Assembly (NCBI RefSeq): GCF_009914755.1
Contig: NC_060927.1
DNA from: the human T2T-CHM13v2.0 reference genome, Homo sapiens
Strand: one strand, 5' to 3'
Length of the DNA: 64,000 bases
In this document: piece by piece, positions 32,900-45,026 of the stretch
Layout: each line of letters starts with the position of its first letter
Position numbering within the stretch: the first letter of the stretch is position 1
Made by a program: the position numbers and the translations under genes
The notes under the pieces: model-generated
The model's input: the letters and a program-made list of their open reading frames with translations, nothing else
Databases searched by the model: none
What the model was told of the DNA's origin: nothing

Positions 32900-35800
32900 G
32901 AAATCCTAGGTCCCTTCACTTCTAAAAAGGATAAGGAGAGTCCCACGTTACCATTGCTTCCATCCTAAGAAAAACAACCTAAATAAGCCGTAAAATTATA
33001 GTTTTTACAAACGTGTCAGAGACCTGAGGATCCAAACAAACCTGCATCAACCAATTTCCAGAATATGGCAACACATTCTTAGAACTGAAGCACTCCATGA
33101 CTATTTTTATCCTTTGAAAGTCAATGAAAAAAAGAAAGCGTCTACCCTATACAAGGATAAAGAGAAACTAGAAAAAAATGTTAACAAACTTTTGACAATG
33201 GCATGTTGAATGATATGATAAACTGGAATCCTGAGAAGCCCCAACCACAGATCAAGCCCACATTCATATACCAACTATTTTCCCTCAGCTTTCGCTTAAT
33301 AAATGGGACAGTATTCTGAAGGCTCAGGGCAGGAAATAGAGTTGAGATAAGTCTCTCCAAGGCACTTCAGATCTTCACCAAATGCATTATATTCAAACTT
33401 CCAAGGCTGGAGATAGCAGAGCAAGATAGGTCTTTCTAGGAACAAAAAGGCAGTGGTGGAAATAAAAAATACAAAGAACATTCCTCAGCAACTCAGAGAG
33501 TAGATGACAAAGAGTTAGGCTGTAATTCAGAGTCATATCATAAGTGGTTCAGAAAACTGGCAGCAGTGCTGTAAAACATAAAGTGATTTCCAGAATCTCA
33601 AAGATTCTAAGATCTGAAGCCCTGCTACAAAAGAAGTCTATATTCAATTATCAGAAACATTCTAAGACAATGGTTAACTGCCTCCAACTAAAGCTGCAAC
33701 AAAACTCAAACCTACCTCAAATGGAGCTTAGGTTAACCAAGCCACCAATACCAGAAGCCCTCCTTTTTAGAGGAATAAAAATTATTTACTTCTCTATACA
33801 CACAAAGTTCAGAATAAAATGGGAGATTATGAGCACATAAAGAAGAAAAAAAAATGGTAAAGTGAAGATACTCTCAATAAAAATAGCTGCAGAGGTGGGC
33901 CAGATTTTGGAATTATCAGAAATGATTTTTTAAAAATAACTGTGGTGAATATATTAAAAGATCTGCTTCTAAAGCTAACAGCATGCCTAAATAGATGGAT
34001 TAGATGGAAAATTTCAGCAGATATGTGGAAATTATGAACTATTTGAACCAAATGCAAATGTTAGTAATAAAAATATAAAATAAATGCAGAATTCATTTAA
34101 TAGCATGAACAGCAGATTGGATATTGCAGAGAAAATATACAGACACCTGCATACAACTTAATAATTTATTCATAGTGAAACATTAAGAGAAAAAAACTGA
34201 AAATAAAATAAAATAGAGCAAGAGCTGCAAGACAATATCCAAAGTCTACGTAGGAATAATTGGAGAAGCAGAGGTAGAGAAAAGAGACAAAGTAAAATAA
34301 GTATTTAAGGAGATACTGACTGAGGATTTATCAAATATAATCAAAGAAATAAGCCCAGGAATAAAAAAAAAGACAGCCTCAAATAAACCTCAAGCAAGAT
34401 AAATAAAAAGAACGGTAAATCATGTAATAGTCAAACTGCAAAAAAAAAAAGTATCATAAAATAGGAAAAGAAATGTCTTACATATAGGGAGCAACAATAT
34501 GAGTGACGGCTTAATTCTAATCAGAAACAATGTGGTCTAGATAGAATATCATCCTTTAAAATCCGACAGAAAACAGAAGTGTCAATCCAAAATTCTACCT
34601 TCAGCAAAAACTAGCATTAAAGAGGAAAGTAAAATTAAAAACATTTAAGACAAATAACAGGTGAGAGTATTTGTCAAAACAAATCTACACTACTAGAAAA
34701 AAAAAAGAACAAAGTTGAAGGATTTGCACTACCTGACTTCAAGACTTACTAGAAATCTCAGTTAATCAAGAAACTATGGGTTTGGGCATAATGATAGGCA
34801 AATAGATCAGTGTAACAGAATAGAGACCCCAGAAATAGATTAACTCTCAGCTAATGTGCACGTATGTGTTTTTTTTTAAAACTGAGGTATGATATCAATT
34901 CAATAGAAAAGAGAATCATTTTCAACAAATGATGCTGGAAAAAGTAGATATCCATCTTGAAAAACATTAAAACTTAATCCCTACATAACTCTTTAAACAA
35001 CAATTAATTTAAAATGAATCATAGACTTCAATGTAAAAAATAGAAAGAACCATAAAGCATCTAGAAGAAAACACTGAAGAGTATCTTGCGACCCATGGGG
35101 TAGGCAAAGATCCCTTAGATAGTACATAAAAACCACCATTGATAAATAGGAAAGTTGATGAGTTACATTTCATCCTTTTGTAAAATTTCTGATCATCAAA
35201 ATCAATGTAAAAAAATGAAGTCACAGACTAGAAAAATGTATACACACACAAGCATATACAAATATATATGTATAAATATTATATATGTGATAAGGAACTT
35301 TTATATAAAATTTATATTTTGAAATGCTTACAGATTAACAACAAAAAAGCAAACAAACCAATAAGAATGGACAAGACCTTTTAATGAACACACAGTAAAC
35401 ACATAAAAAGGTGCTCAACATCAATTTGCCATCAGGAAAATTCAAACTAAAACCACAGTGATGTATAGTTTACTAGAATGTATAAAATATAAAAATTGAC
35501 AATACCAAATGTTGACATGGATGTGTAGTAACTAGAACTCTCATACATTCCAAGTAGGAGCATAAAATGGCAAAACCACCCTAACAAACTGCATGGCAGC
35601 TTCTTTTAAAGTTAAACATGTACATAACCTATGATGTTATTTCATTTGTGTGTGTTTAGCCAAGGGAAATCAAAGTAGATTTGTATGAAAATGTTCATAG
35701 TAGGTTTATACATCTACGTAAGCCAAAAACTGGAAGCAACCTATATGTCCATTAACAGAACTGATATTTGTAGAGTTTAATACTACTTAGTGATAAGAAA

Positions 35801-36095
35801 TACAACTAATCACACACGAAACAATATTAAAAATATCTGAAGATTATTTAATAAAAGACAAGAGACACAAAAGGATATATACTACATGATTCTACTTGCA
35901 TAAGTACATGAACTTTTTTTCTGATGGAAAGCTCAGGAAAATCTTTTGTGGCAGTGCTGAAAAGGTTTTATGTCTTGCTTTGAGTGGTGGTTACATGATA
36001 TTACACTTGTTGCTTGGGTGATGTCAGAACTCTTGGAACCACACATTTAGGATCTGTGTGTTCTGTTACACACAAATTTTACCTCAATAAAGTAT
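32900..36095 (+). mobile_element. Ancient L1M (L1MD/L1ME1-like): 5' region and ORF1 relic joined to the ORF2 3' end and 3'UTR
   Basis: ORF1-like 33830-34695; then aagaacaaagttgaaggatttgcactacctgacttcaagactta (late ORF2); ends aaattttacctcaataaa. The 5' boundary is uncertain. Confidence 0.65.
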
Positions 36096-36111
36096 TTAAT
36101 TAAAATAGCAC

Positions 36112-36512
36112 TGTTTCAGTCTGCTCAGATGGCCATAACAAAACACCATAAACTGGGTGGCTTAAAAAACAAATGTATTTTCTCACAGTTCCGAAGACTG
36201 AAAGTTCAAGATCAAGATGCCAACAGGCTTGGTGTCTGGGGAAGGCTCCCTGCTTGAACTTCAGACGTCTGTCTCCTCTCTGTTGGTTCACGTGGACTTT
36301 CCTCTGTTCCTGTGCCTGTGGAGTGAGTGAGCAAGCTCTCCAATGTTTCTTCCCATAAGGATACCAATCTTATTGCATTACAGTGTTATCCTATGACTTC
36401 GTTTAACTTTAGTTACTTCTGTAAAGGCCTTATCTCCAAACAGAGTTTTACTGGGCATTTGGGTTTCAGCATAGGAATTGGGGAGAAGATTACAAACATT
36501 TAATCCATAACA
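36112..36512 (-). mobile_element. Solo MaLR LTR (MLT1A/MLT1A1-like)
   Basis: TG...CA termini; ccataacaaaacaccataaactgggtggctt...ttctcacagttc...aagttcaagatcaag...ccataaca. Confidence 0.85.
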
Positions 36513-37857
36513 AATACTGAGAAATAATTTCTTTAGAAAAGAAGACCCAAATTTATTGGAGAGGATTTCTTGTTTCAGTAGTTTTGTTGTGTTTTTTTGT
36601 TTGTTTTAGACTTCCTTACATGCAACATGAAATTAGATGAAATAAATGAAAAGTACAATTCTACACTTGGAAAAGTACCTGTAATGTGCTGAGAGAAGTC
36701 ATTTATTTTTAAAATTAATTCTCCCAATGCAAAACAGAATATTGAGTTAGCAAATAGAACAGGTTTTGTAACAACCCGTCAGTTGTGAAGATATGAATGA
36801 TTCCAAACATTTGTAACACTTTGAAGTATTTTATAAAATAATGTTTTAAAATCCTGTCTCAAAATATAGGAGCAAAACAAACCAACCACCAAGTACATGA
36901 AATATTAAATTTCATGTTGAGAAATATGGAAAAAGTCCCTGGCTATAATGAAAAACAATGACTTAATCAGATGTTGAACTGAAAAATTATTCAGAAAAAT
37001 AACTAAGAGGAAAATGTTTTGGAAGAAAAATTAACCTGAAGACACATACAGGCTGCTCCTTACTCCTAAAATGTATCTCAATTTGAAGAAGAGGCCTCTT
37101 TTTACCACTATTGTGTCTAAGATATTCAGGGCACACACTACAAGGCTGAAAATAAGAAAAAGGTACTTTACTCCTTACCATTCATAAATTTCCCAAGAGA
37201 TGTTTTTTTTTCTTCTGATAGCCAACAAGGAGCAAAGGCCACTTCTATACCTAGGATGTAATCAATGATGAAAAATAAATGCGGGCATAAATGATGAAAC
37301 TAGTATTGCTCACGGCTAAAAATTTGATGTGTTTTATGTATGTAAAGGCCATAATAAATCAATATCTTTTCCAAGTACAATTTTTGCCTCTCAGCCTCAG
37401 AGGCAGCAGAGATTTTTAACTAATTTTTCCTTTGTGTACTTTATATCCCAATATTAGTGAGGTATGTTACTTTTTTCTTCTGTTTTGTTTGTCCCTGAGA
37501 GCCTGCCTCTATATAGTGAAAGTATTTCTGTAGTTTTCATTTTATGATAAATTCATTGTTGGAATCAGAACCATCTTTGATCTTAAATATTGTTTATCTG
37601 GAAGTAAAGATGGGATCCAGTTAAGAAAAGAGACATTTTACTATCAGGTTTTTAAAATCCCCTTGCAAATAATCTTAGGAAATAATTGAAGCCAATCTTT
37701 TCCATAAACTCAATTAGAATTTCTATACAAAGATGATCTATTTTTTTAAATAAACAAAATAAAGAAGTCATATAATGCAGTTATGGTCTTTAATAATCTG
37801 TGAGGCTCAAATATATAATCCATGTAGCAAATTTGAGCAAATTAATAACTTACTATA

Positions 37858-37943
37858 TGTAGCAGATGCTGTTTGTTCACCACCCAAATTCCCAACCCTA
37901 CACACATAGTGCATATCTGCCAGGTTTACAATGGCAGTCCTGC
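37858..37943. mobile_element. Possible short ERVL LTR (LTR16-like) terminus
   Basis: tgtagcagatgctgt...ccacccaaattccc resembles LTR16-family ends as I recall them. Confidence 0.3.
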
Positions 37944-39097
37944 TTTTTTTTTTAATTTCAATAGCTTTTGGGGTACAAGTGGTTTTTGGGTACATGGATA
38001 AATGATATAGCGGTGAATTTTGAGATTTTAGTGCACCCATCACCTAAGCAGTGTATACTGTAGCCAGTATATCATCATTTATCCCTCACCCCCTCCCAAC
38101 CTCCCTCTGCCCAAGTGCCCAAAGTTCATTACATCACTCTGTATGTCTTTGTATTTTCATAGCTTAGCTCTCACTTATAAGTCAGAACATACAGTATTTG
38201 GTTTTCCATTCCTGAGTTATTTCACATAGAATTATGTCCTCCAACTCATCCAAGTTGCTGCAAAAGACATTATTTGTTCCTTCTTATGGCTGAGCAGTAT
38301 TCCATGGCGTGTATATATCACATTTTCTTTATCCATTCATTGGTCGACGGGCACTTAGGTTGGTTTCATACCTTTGCAATTGCAAATTGTGCTGCTATAA
38401 ACATGCATGGGCATGTGTCTTTGTTAGGTAATGACTTTTCTTCCTTTGGGTAGATACTCAGTAGTGGGATTTCTGGATTGAATGGTAGATCTACTTTTAG
38501 TTCTTTAAGGAATCTCCATACTGTTTTCCATAGAGGTTGTACCAATTTACATTCCCACCAACAGTATAAAAGTGTTCCTTTTCACCACATCCACTCTAAC
38601 ATCTATTGTTTTTTGACTTTTAAATTATGGCCATTCTTGCAGGAGTAAGGTGGTAACTCATTGAAGTATAAATTTGCATTTGCCTGATGATTAGCAATAT
38701 TGAACATTTATTCACATGTTTGTTGGCTGTTTATGTATCTTCTTTTGAGAAATGTCTATTCATGTCCTTTTCCCACTTTTTGATGGTATTATTTGTATTT
38801 TTCTTTCTGATTTCTGTGAGTTCCTTTTAGATTCTGAGTACTAGTCCTTTTTTGGATGCATGATTTGCAAATACATTCTTCCACTTTGTGGGTTGTCTGT
38901 TTACTGTGCTGATAATTTATTTTGCTTTGCAGAAACTTTTTAGTTTAATTATTAGGTTGGTGCAAAAGTAATTGTGGTTTTTGCCATATTTTTGCAAAAA
39001 TCTGTTTGCCTAACAGGTCCCATTTATTTATTTTTGTTTTTGTTGCATTTGCTTTTAGGGTCCTAGTAATGAATTCTTTAGCTACACCAATGTCCTG
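37944..39097 (-). mobile_element. 5'-truncated L1PB3/4-like 3' end
   Basis: Poly(T) then aatttcaatagcttttggggtacaagtgg...gcttagctctcacttataagt and ORF2 C-terminal sequence. Confidence 0.85.
38952..39013. mobile_element. MADE1 (Hsmar1-derived MITE), right arm damaged, inserted at TA within the L1PB
   Basis: ttaggttggtgcaaaagtaattgtggtttttgcca is the MADE1 TIR; ends cctaa; the host L1 reads tagtttaatta|ggtccc across it. Confidence 0.85.
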
Positions 39098-39099
39098 AA

Positions 39100-42000
39100 T
39101 CACTATCCTTTGGGGGTGGAAAAAAAGTCTTCTTTTTCCTTTTTCTTCCTCTGTCTTCTCTTCACAGATGGGTAATTTTGTCCCTGTACCACAAGACACT
39201 CCCCTCAGATGCATCCCCCAAACTGAGAAAAGTTTAATTTCCTCAAACCTTAAATCCTTAACTGCTTGGCTTGAAGTTAAACTGGGAAAAGAACCCCAAA
39301 GCCTGACATTCCAGCAAAAGTGTAAAAGTTATTGCCAGTCAGACTTCTGGCCTCTCTCTTCCTCTGCAAACTGGTAAAGGAATGGTAAAAAATACTGTTT
39401 ATATCCTCTATAAAGTTTTGATTAATGGAAAAAAGGATGTGTGAGGCTAGTTTTAAGCTGTAGCCAATCTGATGTGCTTTGTATGTCTTTCTATGTGGTT
39501 CTGTCTTAATGAGGAATATCTCAGGATAGAACATGGGCCTAGGACCCAATAAGCCCACTTCTCAAGCCAGCCCAGGAAACTATTCAGTTACAAACTTTGC
39601 TATAGGTCTCTGAGGGGAAAAAACATAAATGAGGTCTCCATCTTGTTTTATGTCCTTGGGAGCTTGACATTTTAACAACGTGGCGGTAACTTCTTTGGGT
39701 CTTTGTCATTTTACAATAGTGGCCTGGGTTTAATCCTGGCCTAGGGAATGAGTACTTTCTGGCTAATATCTGCATGACTTACCATTTGCTGATTCTCTCC
39801 CCCTCTGTGAACTTCTAGCTTCCTTTCTTAAATCTTCCTTTCTCTGAGCTACCTCTTAAAGATTCTAGATTTTTTAAGTACTGCTTGTCATCTCTTTGAA
39901 AATACCTGGTACAATCATTTTTAAGTCATAACCTTGGTTAAGGCTTCTTGGTTTCACCTGTGAGGTTACTTTTGGCAAAGTTCAAAAGCCAGAAATATCG
40001 GCTCCTTGGTGCAGCTAAAGTCAGGTAGCAAGGGATTTAAAAGGATTTTCTTAAAAAGCGCTACAGTTAAAAGTCAGCTTAATTAAAAGTGGATATCCAA
40101 GCTATAGGTATATTTAAAAGGCCTTTATGTTTTTCTCTACTTCAATCTTGTTTCACTGGAAAAAGGTGTTTGTTTGTTTGTTTCAGTCAACTGAATTATT
40201 TTTCTCCATCGTGTCTTGCCACTCTTAATGCACTAACATAACTTCTGATGGCCTGGGACTCCCTGGGATAAACAGAAGGTGCCACTGACCCCACTATGGA
40301 AACAAACCTCTGTTTTCCTCATGGAACCCCAAGAATTAAAAGTGGATAAACCCTCTCAAAATCTATTTTTGTTTCCTAGCTATATCTGCTTATTAGGCCC
40401 TACAAACTGCATGCTTTTCCAGCTCTGCTCTTGAAGGTCTCCACTCAGGCCAGTAATCAAATTAGGAGTTTGGCAAATGAAAAATCTCATAAGTACTGGT
40501 TCACCTTCTGTGTGTGAACATATTTACTAAATTCATAAGGGCATTATATATTTTTCCAAATAAATTGAACATTGAAATAAAAGCAAAACAAGGTTTTCTT
40601 AAGGCACTGATCTACTCTTTAACAAAAATTTGTAAAGTGTTACAAAAGGTTTACAAGAATCTCACCTCATGGTCAAACTGGTTAAGACAGGATAGAATTA
40701 TCTATAAGGTTTCATTAAAAAATGGGGTCAACATTAATAGTAGACTAATGCAAGGGTGCAATTTGGCTTTCTCTCCTTTGAACAAGATTTTCACGTAATA
40801 GTAAAGAATAATGAAAAACATTTGCTTACCTTGTGAATAAACTACTGAAAAAAAGGAGAAGACAGGAGACAGATTGTTGGAAACCTAAGTCTGAGTCATT
40901 TTGGCTAAATAAATGACTTATGGTAATATGGATTTTTATTTCACTTTATCAAGTGTTTTAAACCTCTAACATATTTAACAGGCTTTCCCAAATCAAACTT
41001 CAGTTTCAAGGTTGTCTTTTCTAACCCCTAATATTGGGATGCTACAGAGGGCCCCTAGAGCATCCAAAAAAGAGGTAAACAGGATTTTTTGACATGTTTA
41101 GTTATGCGAGACTGCCAAATAAAAATAATGTTTAATCTTCAGGTTATATTTTAGTGAAATATTAATATATGTTTCAAAATTTCATGGGATTTCTAAAATT
41201 CTAATGAATGAGTATATGTTATCAATCATAATTAAAGTTATTATGTTAAGTTATTGTAAACATTAGAAATTGCCAAGACCACCTTGGTCAGGGAGACCCT
41301 AACCCAGTGGCACTAGAGGAATTGAAGACACACACACAGAAATATAGAGGTGTGAAGTGGGAAATCAGGGGTCTCACAGCCTTTAGAACTGAGAGCCCCG
41401 AACAGAGATTTACCCACGTATTTATTAACAGCAAGCCAGTCATTAGCATTGTTTCTATAGATATTAGATTAACTAAAAGTATCCCTTATGGGAAACGAAG
41501 TGATGGGCCAAAATAAAGGGATGGGTTGGGCTAGTTATCTGCAGCAGGAGCATGTCCTTAAGGCACAGATAGCTCATGCTATTGTTTGTGGTTTAAGAAG
41601 GACTTTAAGCAGTTTTCTGCCCTGGGTGGGCCAGGTGTTCCTTGCCCTCATTCCGGTAGACCTACAACCTTCCAGTGTGGGTGTTATGGCCATCATGAAC
41701 ATGTCACAGTGCTGCAGAGATTTTGTTTATGGCCAGATTTTGGGGGGCCTGTTCCCAACAGAAATAACCAAATTTCTTTGTCAATTGTGTTTTTTACTGT
41801 GGCTACCCAAAGACATTTTGTCATCCACAGACAATTGTCATCTTATTTTGATCCTTTTAAAAGATAGTTTATAATCAGCTATAGGACTTTTACAGGTGCT
41901 CTCAAATGCAAGTTTCTAACTTTGGAGATTGTGACATTGGAATAGAGGAAAATATACAGTACTCATAGGAGCTGAAATGTTCATGAATATCAAGCAGAAC

Positions 42001-43290
42001 AAGAGTTAATGGAATGGAATGAACTAACAGAAAATTGAAGTAATTCTTCTTAACTTTTTGCTTAAAACATTGCTGATCCTTATTTTGTTTTTCAGAGTCA
42101 AGGAAACTTTTCTTTTGAGCTATCTACAGCTTTTAACAATTGAGTAAGGTACACTCCTGTGAACAAAATTTGGAGCATATTTGTTTCTGCCTGCCTGCTT
42201 TCTCTAGAATTTGGAAACTGTTTTGAGTATTCTTAACTTATGGCAATATAGTTATTTGTGTTAGTGCAATAAAAATTCATTTTCTTTTGCAACAGGACAC
42301 AATTAGAGAAACTGGTTGTTTTACCAAGGCTTTGACTGAAAGGGTATGCTTCCCTTTAAGAAATCAAATTTGACTTGCAGAGCCAATAAAAGCCCCTTGG
42401 GAAAACTGGCCTCATACTTTGTCTACACAGTCCCCATACAGGACTCCTAACCTGTGGTGAGTAAAGAATGTCACTTTCTAACAGGCCCAGGAGCCTCATG
42501 TTCTTGGGATCTCAAAAAGGGAGGAATGTACCCAACTCATAGGTATTTGAGGGTATAAACCCATGGCTAGGCTTGGCTTTAAAAAGTCTTATCTGAGATT
42601 TCTTGTAAAACAGGGTTCCATCAAAGCCAATTTAAAAAGCCTATGAGAAAATAATCATTCTTGCTGTACTTTATGCAAATAATCAGGCCAAGGACAAGAC
42701 TGATGTTTATTTTGCAAAGAAATCAGTCCTATCATGATTTGTTTTTAATAAAAATGAGGACTGAAGAGAGAAAAATTATGTTTCAAAACTTACCATACAC
42801 TTGTCATTAAATCTAGTTTTGTTAGTTGTTTTTAAGTTTTTACCTACATTTTAAACTAACCGTGCTTATTTCTGTGAACCAACCACTGATTTCCAGCTAC
42901 AGCTCAGAAGAAACAAAAGGTATGGGTAGTGTAAAAATCTGGATCAATATTCTAGTTCTGGGCAGTTATCCTGCAAATCCTGCCAGGTGATAGGAGTAAG
43001 TAGGGTGCCCATAACCTGGAGGTTTCCTTGTTTGGGAAAACAAGACCAAAGAAGCTGGCCAAAGCCAAGCCCCATGCACCCAAATCTTAGCAGCAATAAC
43101 TATAGCCACCAGTTATCAGGGCATGTTGGCAGCCTCAGGACTTTTAAGCTGTCTTTACCCCCTTGTTTCATTTTTATACATGTTGTCTAATAACCTGGTT
43201 TGTCCCTTCTCACCTTCAGGCCATCAACTCCAAACAGTTGTGCAACTGGAGCCTTGGATGATGGTTCTGTATCTTTTCAGATCAGGGAAT
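39100..43290 (+). mobile_element. Non-coding ERV1 internal region (MER4/HUERS-group-like), no 5' LTR
   Basis: MER4-group-like internal motifs (gttttaagctgtagccaatc; acaggacacaattagagaaactggttg; gagccaataaaagccccttgggaaaactggcctcatac); no long gag/pol/env ORF; followed directly by an LTR. Confidence 0.7.
41271..41760 (-). mobile_element. MER9 solo LTR (HERV-K HML-3) nested in the ERV1 internal region
   Basis: Minus strand begins TGTTGGGAACAGGCCCCCCAAAATCTGGCCATAAAC and ends GGCA; TSD GAAAT at 41266-41270 and 41761-41765. Confidence 0.88.
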
Positions 43291-44010
43291 CGATAGTGAC
43301 TGGAGGCAGTCAATTGCCTAGGCAGATAGGGGAGGGGCCAACCTCCAAGCCAAAGAGATTTTCAAGCCTGAAAGCCAAGCTACAAGTTAAATCCTCAGAC
43401 CAGATTGAGAACCTGTCTTCCTGTTTGGCACACTTTCCTCTGACTGATCCCCACTCTTCACCTATTTTACATATACCTACCCTTTCCTAATTTGGTTTTC
43501 TATACTGCCATGCCCACCTTTGAGTGGTGTCTTTGCTTTAAACTTTTTTTGCATACTGACAAACAAATCAGCACCCACTCCCCATTCTGAGTCCATAAAA
43601 AGCTCCAGACCCAGCCACAGAGAGAAAAAAATAAAATAAACACCTGACTGTGGGGGTGGGGGACCCTATGTCCCCTCATCTCCTCTCCACTGAGAGCTGT
43701 TCTGTCACTCATTAAAATTTTTCTCTGTCCATCCTCACCCTTCAACTTTCAGCATATCCCCATTCTTCTTGGATGCAGGACAAGAGCTCAGGAACTGCTG
43801 AACACAGGTACACAAGCTATAATACAGGTGGGCTGGGGTGTGCCCAACCATGGGCTGAGCCAGTGTGCAAGCCAGACTTGGTCTGGGCAGGCCAAGTAGG
43901 CAGGGAACCTCCAGTGGCAGGCCTGGGGCTGAGCTAGGCCCAGTGGGGTTGGGGGCTGTCGCCAGCCAGAGGTCCCAGCTGGCAAAGTGACTGAGAAAAT
44001 TCCTGCATCA
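43291..44010 (+). mobile_element. ERV1 3' LTR (LTR27-like)
   Basis: (c)gatagtgactggaggcag...cctaggcagataggg start; aatcagcac and cataaaaagc promoter-like motifs; attaaa poly(A)-like signal; ends gagaaaattcctgcatCA. Confidence 0.75.
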
Positions 44011-44373
44011 CTATTAGTCTAGAGAACAATTTTATTTTCCTCTGCCTGGGAAATAATAAACCTCGGTACTGACATTTTTGAGGATGAGAAAAAGGGTTGC
44101 TGAGGGTCTCATAATTTGATGAAACTTCCCTGTTTTGATTACGTTGTTTTACCTTTGACCTCACCTATGTTGTGTGCCCTAGAGCCTTGAGACTCTGTTT
44201 CCATTTTTCCTAACAATAAACCTCCACTTTTTTTCAGGGATCAGAGAAAAGATTGCTGCTTGCAAAAGGTAAGACTGGTAAATAACTTATATATTAATTT
44301 CAGTAATTAATATATAATTACCTTTCTATTCAGCCCCATGCCTTCATCCATATTTCACTGGTTCTTCAATTTC

Positions 44374-44531
44374 CTTTTTTTTTTTTTTTTTTTTGAGACT
44401 AGAGGCTGGACTGCAATGGCATGACTCCCTCCCAGCCCCAACAAGTAGCTGGAACTATAGGCAGGTACCACCACACCCACACCCAGTTAAATTTTTTTTA
44501 AGAGATGGTAGTCTCCCTATGTTGCCCAGGC
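44374..44531 (-). mobile_element. 5'-truncated, internally deleted old Alu (AluJ-like)
   Basis: Poly(T), gagac...gtagctggaactataggc...ctatgttgcccaggc; 12-bp TSD TTCTTCAATTTC at 44362-44373 and 44532-44543. Confidence 0.8.
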
Positions 44532-45026
44532 TTCTTCAATTTCTGACATTTTCCAGGATGGAGCAAGAGGTATCAACCTCTCCTTATTATTGATCCTGTA
44601 TGCTCTTAGGTTTCAGCTTCCTCTGCTATGTCAGTCATCACTCTTCCAACTGAGGCCATGCTTCACCTACTACTGTTTTCCTCTCCAGTTTTATTTATCC
44701 TTGTATCCTTATTATTTTCTTGCTTATTCCTTTTATGGTATTTTAATGGGATATAAAAATGGAACAAAGAGAAACACTTGGATTAAAGCCATCATGATTA
44801 ATAAAAACTAGAAGTTGTTTTTTCAAGATAATATTGGACAGGGCTATCAAAACCATCATAAGTCTTACCATTGTTCCAGTTCTGCAATGTGAATGATCTG
44901 AGAGTGTGCTGTGAGGGTTATGTGGCTTCTCTGTAGAGAAGTTTTATCATAAGAGGTAGGAATAAAGACCTCAAAGAAAGAGGATGATTTACCCTGCTGC
45001 AAAATTATGTTCAAGATATAAAAGCC

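Noticed and set aside
44287-44317. 13-bp inverted repeat ttatatattaatt / aattaatatataa
   Set aside because: A/T-only low-complexity sequence, which is self-complementary by chance much more often.
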